From: an uncultured Anaerolineaceae bacterium
Lineage (GTDB): Bacteria; Chloroflexota; Limnocylindria; Limnocylindrales; CSP1-4
DNA: 64,000 nt
Direction: 5' to 3'
NCBI GenBank assembly: GCA_964518505.1
Contig: CAZFGT010000005.1
Location: 20,358-84,357 of the forward strand
Every line of letters starts with the position of its first letter. Position 1 is the first letter of the stretch. A program made the position numbers and the translations under genes. The notes beneath the pieces were generated by a model that worked only from the letters and a program-made list of their open reading frames with translations, was not told where the DNA came from and made no database searches. This document shows, one piece after another, positions 22,489 to 30,865 of the stretch.

Positions 22489-24711
22489 CTAGCGGATGAA
22501 GAGCGGGGCCAGGACGAGCGTCAGGGTGGCCAGCAGCTTGACCAGGACGTGCAGCGAGGGGCCGGCGGTGTCCTTGAAGGGGTCGCCCACGGTGTCGCCC
22601 ACGACCGCCGCGGCGTGCGCATCGGTCTTCTTGCCCAGGACGTTCCCGGCGTCGTCCTTGAGGTGGCCCGACTCGATGTACTTCTTGGCGTTGTCCCACG
22701 CGCCGCCGCCGTTATTCAGGACGGTGGCGAGCATCACGCCCGAGATCGTGCCCACGATGAGGAGGCCGGCGGCGGCCTCGTAGCCCAGCGTCACGCCGAC
22801 GATGATCGGCGTGGCCACGGCGACGACGCCTGGGGCGATCATCTCGCGCAGGGCAGAACGGGTCGTGATGTCGACGACCCGCGCGTAGTCCGGCCGCTGG
22901 GTGTAGTCCATGATGCCGGGCATCTCGCGGAACTGGCGCCGCACCTCGATGATGATGGCGCCGGCCGCCTTGCCCACGGCGCGGATGGCCAGCGAGCTGA
23001 AGAAGAAGGTCAGCATGGCCCCGATGAGGGCGGCGGCGAAGACCGGCACCTCGTCCACGTTGACGGCCGTCATGAGGTGCACGTTGGTGGCCCCGGCGGC
23101 GATCTGGCGGCTGAGGATCAGGTTGACCTTGTCGATGTAGGCGTTGAAGAGCAGGAAGGCGGCGAGGCTGGCCGACGCGATGGCGTAGCCCTTGGTCAGC
23201 GCCTTGGTCGTGTTGCCGACGGCGTCCAGGCGGTCGGTGATCTCGCGCGCCCCGCCCTCGGCATGGGCGAACTCGGCGATCCCGCCGGCGTTGTCGGTGA
23301 TGGGGCCGAAGGTGTCCATGGCCAGGATGTAGGCCGTGGTCATGAGCATGCCCATGGTCGCCACGGCGGTGCCGAAGATGCCGCCCACGTCGTTGCCGCT
23401 GGCGTCCAGGAGATGGGCCTGCTGGCCAAGGAAGTGGCTCAGGAGGAGCGCCGCGCCGATGCTCAGGGCGGTCAGACCGGTGGTCTCGAAGCCCACCGCG
23501 GTGCCGGCGATGATGTTGGTGGCCGGGCCGGTCTTGCTGGCCTCGGCGATGTCCCGCACCGGGCGATGGGCGCCCGCGGTGTAGTACTGGGTGATGTAGA
23601 CGAAGGCGATGCTGGTGGCCAGGCCGACGACGCCGCAGCCGAAGAACCAGACCCAGGCGGGGATGCCGTTGGCGCCATTCACGGAGCCCGTCTGCATCAT
23701 CACGTTGGTCACGATGAGGAGGCCCACGGCGGACAGGGCGGTCGTCACCCAGTAGCCGCGGTTGAGCATGTTCATGGGGTCCTCATCCTCGCGACCGCGG
23801 ATGAAGAAGATGGAGACGATGGTGGCCAGCAGGCCGAAGCCGCGCACCACGAGGGGGAAGAAGATCCACGACTCCGGGTTGGGCCAGCCGGCGGCCAGAG
23901 CGATGCCGTACACGGCGACGCCCAGGATCATGGCCCCGATGTTCTCGGCGGCGGTGGACTCGAAGAGGTCCGCGCCGCGGCCGGCGCAGTCGCCGACGTT
24001 GTCACCCACCAGGTCGGCGATCACCGCAGCGTTGCGGGGGTCGTCCTCCGGGATGCCCTTCTCCACCTTGCCCACGAGGTCGGAGCCCACGTCGGCGGCC
24101 TTCGTGTAGATCCCGCCGCCCAGCTGGGCGAACAGGGCCACGAACGAGGCGCCGAAGCCATAGCCCACGATCAGGAAGGGAGCCTGGGACGGCTTGTCCA
24201 GCCCGCCGAAGAGCACGAACATGGACCACACGCCGAGCAGTGACAGAGCCACCACGAGGAAGCCCGAGACGGCCCCGCCGCGCATGGCCACCTGGACCGC
24301 GGTCACCAGGCTGGAGCGGGCGGCCGCGGCGGTGCGGACGTTGGACTTGACGCTGATGAACATGCCGATGATCCCGGAGGCCATCGAGCAGGCCGCGCCG
24401 ACCAGGAAGGCGATGCCCGTGCGCAAGCCAAGGGCGACGCCATTGACGTCCGTGTCGGCGACCGCGGGTCCCTCCACGAGGCTGATCACGACGGCCACGA
24501 CGACGGCCACGACGAGCGCGAGGAGGGCGATCGTCAGGTACTGGCGGCGGATGAACGCGAGGGCGCCCTCATAGATGGTGCCCGCCACGTCCTGCATCGC
24601 CTGCGTGCCCTGGTCGCGCGACAGCACGTCGCGGGCCAGGAAGATGGCGAACAGGACCGCGGCGATGCCCGCGATCGGGATGATCCATTGGATCGCGGAT
24701 GCGAGCTGCAC
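22489..24711 (-). CDS. hppA: membrane-bound proton-translocating pyrophosphatase (H+-PPase, HppA); GTG start at 24711 with GGAGG 9 nt upstream
   Basis: About 740 aa and about 16 TM helices. Diagnostic motifs: GIPEDDPRNAAVIADLVGDNVGDCAGRGADLFES and DTVGDPFKDTAGPSLHVLVKL. Confidence 0.9.
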   Translation of the reverse strand: MQLASAIQWIIPIAGIAAVLFAIFLARDVLSRDQGTQAMQDVAGTIYEGALAFIRRQYLTIALLALVVAVVVAVVISLVEGPAVADTDVNGVALGLRTGIAFLVGAACSMASGIIGMFISVKSNVRTAAAARSSLVTAVQVAMRGGAVSGFLVVALSLLGVWSMFVLFGGLDKPSQAPFLIVGYGFGASFVALFAQLGGGIYTKAADVGSDLVGKVEKGIPEDDPRNAAVIADLVGDNVGDCAGRGADLFESTAAENIGAMILGVAVYGIALAAGWPNPESWIFFPLVVRGFGLLATIVSIFFIRGREDEDPMNMLNRGYWVTTALSAVGLLIVTNVMMQTGSVNGANGIPAWVWFFGCGVVGLATSIAFVYITQYYTAGAHRPVRDIAEASKTGPATNIIAGTAVGFETTGLTALSIGAALLLSHFLGQQAHLLDASGNDVGGIFGTAVATMGMLMTTAYILAMDTFGPITDNAGGIAEFAHAEGGAREITDRLDAVGNTTKALTKGYAIASASLAAFLLFNAYIDKVNLILSRQIAAGATNVHLMTAVNVDEVPVFAAALIGAMLTFFFSSLAIRAVGKAAGAIIIEVRRQFREMPGIMDYTQRPDYARVVDITTRSALREMIAPGVVAVATPIIVGVTLGYEAAAGLLIVGTISGVMLATVLNNGGGAWDNAKKYIESGHLKDDAGNVLGKKTDAHAAAVVGDTVGDPFKDTAGPSLHVLVKLLATLTLVLAPLFIR

Positions 24712-25095
24712 CGTGGAACGCCTCCTCGTGTCGACCGTTAGAGGGAGGGCCGATGCGGGCACCGGCCGAACTGGGATCCGTCAGGGTCCGTCGGGCTGCC
24801 GGGCCGCGTCCCTCATGCGGCCACACGCACCACGCAGACAAGCAACGAGACCCCCGACGGGGGCCTCGCACACCGGGCGGAGTGTAGCAACGGCGCCCGG
24901 CCACGGTCAAACCCAGCAGCGGGTCAAAGCGCGAGCGCCAACCCCGGAGGCGGGACCGGACGCTTGAGCCGAGGCGAGGGCGTCGCTTGCGGCCCTGCGC
25001 AGGCGTCGGAACCCCTGGCAGTCAAGGGCCACCCCGCGGCCAGGGCTAAGACCGGTAACCGAGCCACTTCGGCCAAGGGGCCAACACCAGCGATG

Positions 25096-26514
25096 TCACG
25101 AGTAGTAGCTGCGCCCCGACGAACGCAGGCCCGCGGCGACGGCCTCGATGGCCTTGCCAACCGAAGCGGGGTCGGTATCGCCCTTCACGAGGGCCTGGAT
25201 CTGGTCGCTCATCTCGGCGTCGATCTCCGGCTCCCAGAGCCAGTTGAGCGACGTGATGGCGTCCGCGAACATCGGCAGGAACTCCCTCGCCACTGGATCG
25301 TGGATCGCGACATTCGACGCAGCGATCGGCGAATAGGCCTGCAGACCTTCGGTCACGGCGCGGTCGACCTCCGGTCGACTCGCGTACTCGAGGAACGCGT
25401 ACACGCTGTCGCGGCTCGCGGCGGGATGGGCCGGCAGCGCGATGCCGCCGAAGGAGATGATCGAGTGGGCCGTCGAGGTGCTCTGTAGCAGGGGCAACGG
25501 CGCCACGTGCAGGTCGAACGGGACCGTGGGTGTACCCGCCTGCAGTTGCGGCAGGAGCCATGTGCCGTTGTACGTCATGGCTGCCTTCCCTTGAAGGAAG
25601 AGGAGTTGCATCGTCGCGTAGTCCGTGGCACCGGATCCGGCGAGCAGGACACCGGAGGTCTGAAGGTCGGCGATGGCCTGGAAGGCCTCGGTCCATTCGG
25701 GGCTGTCGTATCCGACTTGGCCCTTGATCGTGCTCTCGACGAAGGCCAGCGGATCGCCCGTGCGCTCGGCGATCATGGGGAGCACCCACATGATGAGCAA
25801 CGGATTGAACGAGGTGTCGCCGGCGCAGTGGACGAGCGGTGCTGCCCCGAGCGCCGACAGCGGCTGCACCATCGCCTTGAAGTCTCCGATCGTCTTGGGT
25901 GGCCCTAGACCCGCGCGGTCCAGCAACGCCTTGTTGTAGTAGAGGCCCGTGGTCTGGACGCCCCGACTCAGGGCCAGCGGAAAGGCCGTCACGCCGCCGC
26001 CGATACCTCCGAGGTGGAACTGTTGTGGCACCCGGGCGAGGATCGCAGCCATCCGCGGGTCGGCGCCGAGGTCGGCAAGCAGACCATCCCGGGTCCAGGC
26101 TCGAACGAACAGCCCATCGAGCAGCACCAGCCCCACGGGGTCGCCGGACAGCATCTCGGCACGCGCGAGCCGGTCGAACTCGGACTCGAAGCCGGGGATC
26201 GTCCGGATGTCCCAGTCGACCCCAGGGTGCTGGGCCTTGAAGTCGTCGTAGACCTTCTTGAGCGCCGGCTCAGCGAAGGGGTCACCACCCCCGGTAACGA
26301 CCGTGATGGGACCTGACAGGGCGGAGGACGTCGGCGACCCGGAGGCGCCCCCGCTGCCGCCCGGGGCGGCACACGCAGCGAGCGCCCCGCCCGCGGCGAT
26401 CAGGGCCCCGAGCTTGAGCACGTCCCGGCGCGACCATGGACGGCTCCAAACGTTGTCGTTCGTCGACGGAACCGACCCCATCGCGCTGCCCCCATGGCGG
26501 TGCGCCTCGAACAC
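25096..26514 (-). CDS. sugar ABC transporter substrate-binding lipoprotein (family 1 SBP)
   Basis: Tat/lipoprotein signal SRRDVLKLGALIAAGGALAAC. 472 aa with an extracellular solute-binding fold. It is divergent from the two permease genes. Confidence 0.75.
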   Translation of the reverse strand: MFEAHRHGGSAMGSVPSTNDNVWSRPWSRRDVLKLGALIAAGGALAACAAPGGSGGASGSPTSSALSGPITVVTGGGDPFAEPALKKVYDDFKAQHPGVDWDIRTIPGFESEFDRLARAEMLSGDPVGLVLLDGLFVRAWTRDGLLADLGADPRMAAILARVPQQFHLGGIGGGVTAFPLALSRGVQTTGLYYNKALLDRAGLGPPKTIGDFKAMVQPLSALGAAPLVHCAGDTSFNPLLIMWVLPMIAERTGDPLAFVESTIKGQVGYDSPEWTEAFQAIADLQTSGVLLAGSGATDYATMQLLFLQGKAAMTYNGTWLLPQLQAGTPTVPFDLHVAPLPLLQSTSTAHSIISFGGIALPAHPAASRDSVYAFLEYASRPEVDRAVTEGLQAYSPIAASNVAIHDPVAREFLPMFADAITSLNWLWEPEIDAEMSDQIQALVKGDTDPASVGKAIEAVAAGLRSSGRSYYS

Positions 26515-26718
26515 AGGTGCGCCCCGCGGAGAACGAGTATGGTTCGGCCGGTCTCGTCCCGCTTGGGGGGGTTCTACGATCGCGGGTGGAGCCAGCGCCC
26601 GACGCCCGATCGGCCGAGCTCGAGGCCCCTACGTGGGTGTCTCGGTCCGCGCCAACGAGATGACCGGCCGCGCTCGGCTGGCCCCGCGGGATCGGCGGTG
26701 ATCGAGTCGCGTACGCGC

Positions 26719-27618
26719 ATGCCGCTCCTGCGCCGCTCGCATCGCGAAAGCGGACTCGACCTTCTGTTCCTCGCCCCGACTCTGATCGTCCTCGCCGTCT
26801 TCCTCCTCTACCCGCTCGCCTACGGCCTCGTGCTCAGCGTCCATGACACGCAAGGATTCGACCTCACGAGCTTCGTCGGGCTCGAGAACTACGGGCGGGC
26901 GATCTTCGGGGACGCCGTCTTCCACCAGGCCCTGGCGACCACCGTCGTCTTCACCGGTGCCGCGGTCGTGCTGCAGACCGGGCTTGGGCTGTTCCTGGCG
27001 GTACTCGTGGCGGACGTCGGACGTGGGCGGACGCTCTTGCGGTTCGTCTTCTTCGCACCCTTCGTCCTCGCCTCGGTGGCGGTCGGCGCGGTCTGGAAGT
27101 ACCTGTACGCGCCCTACTTCGGGATCGTCCCGTCGGTGGGGTCCGCGCTCGGACTCAACACCCTGACGGTCGCGCCGCTCGCCGACGCCCACTGGGCGCT
27201 TTGGGCGATCATGGCCGCCTTCCTGTGGCGGTTCGCGGGCTTCAACATGGTGGTCTACCTCAACGCCATCCAGAGCCTGCCGCGTGAGTTCTACGAGCAC
27301 GCCGCGATGGAGGGCGCCGGCAGGTTCGAGCGCTTCCGGCACATCACCTGGCCCCTGCTGTGGCCGCAGACGTTCACGCTTGTGCTACTGACCACTATCG
27401 GGACCCTTCGGATCTTCGACATGGTCTGGATCATGACCGAGGGCGGACCCTCGAACGCCACCGAGACCGTCGCGACGGACGTCTACGTGACCGCCTTCCG
27501 ATTCCTCCAGGTCGGCTACGCGCAGGCGATGGCCATGATCCTGCTGGTCATCATCCTCGCGCTCACCGTCGTCGAGTACCGCATCCTCGATCGCCGCGCC
27601 GAGGCCGTGCGCCTGTGA
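26719..27618 (+). CDS. sugar ABC transporter permease (MalF/UgpA type); start trimmed to MPLLRRSH
   Basis: Six TM helices and the EAA-like loop (YLNAIQSLPREFYEHAAMEGAGRFERFRHITWPLL). The upstream 75 codons of the track ORF overlap the SBP gene on the opposite strand. Confidence 0.8.
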   Translation: MPLLRRSHRESGLDLLFLAPTLIVLAVFLLYPLAYGLVLSVHDTQGFDLTSFVGLENYGRAIFGDAVFHQALATTVVFTGAAVVLQTGLGLFLAVLVADVGRGRTLLRFVFFAPFVLASVAVGAVWKYLYAPYFGIVPSVGSALGLNTLTVAPLADAHWALWAIMAAFLWRFAGFNMVVYLNAIQSLPREFYEHAAMEGAGRFERFRHITWPLLWPQTFTLVLLTTIGTLRIFDMVWIMTEGGPSNATETVATDVYVTAFRFLQVGYAQAMAMILLVIILALTVVEYRILDRRAEAVRL

Positions 27619-28439
27619 CGAGGCTGGCTCGCCCCCGGCTGTCCACATTGCTGTTGGTTCTTCTCGCCCTGGTGTGGTTCTACCCGGTCGCGTGGACGCT
27701 GCTGAACGCGTTCAAGTCCAGCGCCGACATCTATCGCGCCCCGTGGGACCTGCCGTGGCCGCCGGTCGTGGGGAACATCGGCGAGGCATGGAGCCGCGGG
27801 CAGCTCGGCGTCGCGCTGGCGAACTCGGCGTACGTGACGGCGATGACCGTGGCAGGGGTCCTGGTCCTCGCGGTGCCGGGAGCCTATTCGCTCACCCGCT
27901 TGCGGCCGCCCCTGCGGGCCGTGCTGCTCATCGTCGTCCTGGCGCCGTTGATCATCCCGACGGAGGTGCTGATCGTTCCGCTCTTCTCGATGTTCCGCGC
28001 GCTGGGCCTGATCGACAGCCTGCCCGGTCTCGCGGTCACCAACGTCGTCGCGTACGTGTCGTTCGCGACCCTCATCCTGGTCGGCTACTTCCGCACGATC
28101 CCGCGGGACGTCACCGATGCCGCGGGCGTCGACGGAGCGGGTCGCTTCGACGTTCTGCTGCGGATCGTCATCCCGCTCGCTCGACCGGGGATCCTCGCCG
28201 TGGCCGTGCTCGTCGCGGTCCTGGCCTGGAACGATTTCTCCGCGTCGCTGGTCCTCCTGCAGAAGCCTGACACCTTCACGGTGCAGCTGGCCCTCACCCG
28301 GTTCTCGACGTTCTACGCGACCGATCAGGGGCTGACCTTCGCCGGCATGGCCATCGTGATCCTCCCGCCGTTGCTCCTGTTCCTGGTGCTCCAGCGGAGC
28401 TTGATCCAGGGTCTGGCGGCGGGGTTGGTCCGGCATTGA
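27615..28439 (+). CDS. sugar ABC transporter permease (MalG/UgpE type), GTG start overlapping upstream stop (GTGA)
   Basis: TM core with the conserved loop (TIPRDVTDAAGVDGAGRFDVLLRIVIPLARPGI). There is no ATPase gene in the vicinity, so it probably uses a shared MsiK-like ATPase. Confidence 0.8.
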   Translation: MTRLARPRLSTLLLVLLALVWFYPVAWTLLNAFKSSADIYRAPWDLPWPPVVGNIGEAWSRGQLGVALANSAYVTAMTVAGVLVLAVPGAYSLTRLRPPLRAVLLIVVLAPLIIPTEVLIVPLFSMFRALGLIDSLPGLAVTNVVAYVSFATLILVGYFRTIPRDVTDAAGVDGAGRFDVLLRIVIPLARPGILAVAVLVAVLAWNDFSASLVLLQKPDTFTVQLALTRFSTFYATDQGLTFAGMAIVILPPLLLFLVLQRSLIQGLAAGLVRH

Positions 28440-28470
28440 GGGCCGGCCCGACCGGGCTCCGGACGCCTGC

Positions 28471-29484
28471 TCAACCCTGGATCGCCCTAGCCGCCTCCGG
28501 CGCGAGCACGAGGTGGCCGAGGGTCGGGCCCGCCGATGCGGTGGTCACCTGCGCACCCGCCGAGCGGGGCCGATCTCCCGTGGCCCATCCGACGACGATA
28601 TGGCCGAGCCACGCCAGTGCGCCCACGTAGGCGAACGGCGCCGCGCCGGTCAGGGTCGTCACGATCAACAGCGCCAGCGCAAGGGCGGGTTGGTGCAGCA
28701 CGCTGTGGAGCATCACCATCGCCGGCCGTCGACGCCAGACGAACCGCGGCACGTCCGGGACGATGCCGAACAGCAGCAGCGGGACGAGTCCGACGCCGAG
28801 CTGGGAGGCCTGGGTACTGGCGAACAGGGCCAAGGCAAGGCCTGGGACGAGCCACAGGTGCCGCGGCCGGAGGCGCAACCGACGGCCGGACGCAGGCTCG
28901 CCCGCGGCGCTGCCAACGGCAAGTGGCCCCGAGGCCGCGGCGTGTGGAGCCGGTGCGTGGGCGCGACGGGCATCGGCCGCGGCAGCAGCATCGCGGGGCT
29001 CCAGCACCACGACGGCGGTCGGGCGCGCACGACGTGCGGCCAGGCCATCGACATCGGCGCCCCAGCCGGGGTACTCGATCACCTTCGCCCAGAGCCGGTC
29101 GCGCTCGTCGCCCGAGGCGACACGGGCGCGGACCGCTCGCGGCCCGCTGACGAGCTCGACCGTCGCCTCGGGGTTGGCCTGGAGGTTGAGCCACCAGGCT
29201 GGTTCGGCCTTGTCCCAGCCGTTCATCGCGACCGTCACGAGGTTCAGACCGTCCTCGTAGTAGCCGACGATGGCGACGCGCGCCTTGCCCGATCGGCGCC
29301 CGAGGGTCTCGAGGCTCAGCATCCCGAACCGCCGACCCGCCTCTGGCGAGGCGAGGCCCATCCGCCCTTTGCTGAGCCGGTAGATCGCGCGCTGGGCGAT
29401 CCAGAAGGTGCGGATCGCGAACCGCGGAGGGGTTCGGACGGTCTGCCTGTGTTCGGCGAACTCGCCGATGATCGCCTTCGTCAT
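28471..29484 (-). CDS. fusion protein: deazaflavin(F420)-dependent nitroreductase-family (DUF385/Ddn-like) N-terminal domain plus a DUF4260-like 4-TM C-terminal domain
   Basis: The N-terminal 150 aa (MTKAIIGEFAEHRQ ... ARVAIVGYYEDGLNLVTVAMNGWDKAEPAWWLNLQANPEATVEL ... RDRLWAKVIE) resemble PF04075. A hydrophobic 4-helix C-terminus follows. GAAAGGAAG lies upstream of the ATG at 29484. Confidence 0.55.
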   Translation of the reverse strand: MTKAIIGEFAEHRQTVRTPPRFAIRTFWIAQRAIYRLSKGRMGLASPEAGRRFGMLSLETLGRRSGKARVAIVGYYEDGLNLVTVAMNGWDKAEPAWWLNLQANPEATVELVSGPRAVRARVASGDERDRLWAKVIEYPGWGADVDGLAARRARPTAVVVLEPRDAAAAADARRAHAPAPHAAASGPLAVGSAAGEPASGRRLRLRPRHLWLVPGLALALFASTQASQLGVGLVPLLLFGIVPDVPRFVWRRRPAMVMLHSVLHQPALALALLIVTTLTGAAPFAYVGALAWLGHIVVGWATGDRPRSAGAQVTTASAGPTLGHLVLAPEAARAIQG

Positions 29485-29577
29485 GGCGGTACTTCCTTTC
29501 TGTCCCAAGGGGGACGCGATTCGTCGAGGGGATGAAGTGCGAAAGGGCCCCGGAGTCCGGCTCCGGGGCCCATTCGG

Positions 29578-30321
29578 TCAGGCGGCGGCGAGTGCCGGTG
29601 CGCCCCTCTGCTGCCGGTCCTCGGAGGCGGGGATCGGAGCTGCCTTGAACCCATGGAACGTGAGGTACAGGCCCAGGAAGGCCTCCCAGATGATCTCGGG
29701 GCCGGTCATGATCCCCTGCAGCGGGGAGCCCAGCGGGATCACCCCGAGCAGGATGGCCGCCGCCACGGTCACGAGGAGCGGACCCCCGACCAGGCCGAAC
29801 AGCGCCATGCGCCGTCCCACCAGGCCGGACCGGTACATCAGGTAGCCCAGGATCAGGCCGGTCCCGATGCCGTCGGCGAAGCTGGGGCCGAGCAGGAAGG
29901 TCCATTGATGGATGGCGAGGAAGGTCTTGTCGATCGCCATGAGGGCGCCGGCATCGGTGCCGGCCGCCGTCTGGCGGAGGGTCACGATGGTGAGCAGACT
30001 GAGCAGGCCGATGAGGATGAAGGTGCCCTCGACGAGCCGTTCGGCGACGTAGGCGAGCGCGAGGGCTTCGTTCGTCCGCTTGAGCAGCGGGAACAACACG
30101 ACCGCGCACCCGATGTTGGTGACGATCAGGAACAACTCGAGGAACGCGCCGAGGAACACGCCGGTGCTAGGGCCGGACCCGGTGATGTAGCCGGGATCAC
30201 TCAGGATGTTCCCGTAGGCCAGGACCGCGCCGATCGAGGTGATGAACGTAAGGATGAAGAGCACGCCCACGGCGAGCGCGGTCTTTCGCGAGGTAGTCAC
30301 GTTGGAACTCCACTTCTTCAT
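29578..30321 (-). CDS. DUF4386-like polytopic membrane protein
   Basis: 247 aa, about 7 TM helices. The 5' end is locally lower in GC. The ATG overlaps the stop of the upstream 96-aa ORF (ATGA). Confidence 0.5.
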   Translation of the reverse strand: MKKWSSNVTTSRKTALAVGVLFILTFITSIGAVLAYGNILSDPGYITGSGPSTGVFLGAFLELFLIVTNIGCAVVLFPLLKRTNEALALAYVAERLVEGTFILIGLLSLLTIVTLRQTAAGTDAGALMAIDKTFLAIHQWTFLLGPSFADGIGTGLILGYLMYRSGLVGRRMALFGLVGGPLLVTVAAAILLGVIPLGSPLQGIMTGPEIIWEAFLGLYLTFHGFKAAPIPASEDRQQRGAPALAAA

Positions 30322-30605
30322 CTGGATGCCTGGTTTGGTTCAGTTGTCGGATGCTCAGGAGTCGATGGCTGGATCTCGGCGACCGAGATCAGCGACAGGC
30401 CGAGGTCGTTGACCTTTCGCAGCAGGCCATGCAGCGCAGCCTGATCTGCGATCGGGCCTCGGATGACGGTCGTCCCGTCGCTCTCCCGGGTGAGGCTGAG
30501 CCCGTCGAACCAGGCGGCCCACCTGGCATCGAGGTGGCCCTGGAGGCGCACCTCGTAGCCACCGGGTTCGTGGTGGCGGCTGCTTCGTGCCGGTCGATCG
30601 GTCAT
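30318..30605 (-). CDS. small hypothetical protein (96 aa), unknown function
   Basis: A strong AAGGAGAG Shine-Dalgarno lies 5 nt upstream of the ATG at 30605. The product starts MTDRPARSS...YEVRLQGHLDARWAAWFDGLSLTRESDGTTVIRGPIADQAALHGLLRKVNDLGLSLISV. I do not recognise a family. It is translationally coupled to the DUF4386 gene. Confidence 0.5.
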   Translation of the reverse strand: MTDRPARSSRHHEPGGYEVRLQGHLDARWAAWFDGLSLTRESDGTTVIRGPIADQAALHGLLRKVNDLGLSLISVAEIQPSTPEHPTTEPNQASR

Positions 30606-30660
30606 GGCTCTCCTTGTGCTCCTCCGCCCCGCGCTGCTTGCCTGTCGGTGTGGGCTTGCG

Positions 30661-30732
30661 TGGTGTGAGCACAAGGTCGAGGCGACGGTGGTGAGCGCGC
30701 GTCACCACATCTGGTGATTCGATGTGGTGATT
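30661..30732. promoter_or_regulatory. cluster of repeated GGTG(T)GA / ATCTGGTGATT motifs upstream of the 96-aa ORF operon and downstream of the LAL regulator gene
   Basis: GTCACCACAT (30701-30710, inverted copy), ATCTGGTGATT (30709-30719), ATGTGGTGATT (30722-30732), plus degenerate copies GGTGGTGAG (30686-30694) and TGGTGTGAG (30661-30669). Confidence 0.4.
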
Positions 30733-30865
30733 TCGCCCGGACGGGGAACGGAGCGAGAGCGCCGGTCAGCCCCGTCCGCACACCGGTCCGGTCACCCCAT
30801 GGCCGGTCGCGCCTGGCGGGACTCGGGATCTAGGGGCCGCGCCGCCGGACGGCGATCGTCTGGCC

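Noticed and set aside
22300-24243. 647-aa plus-strand ORF
   Set aside because: Antisense to the H+-pyrophosphatase gene. Composition is typical of a shadow ORF.
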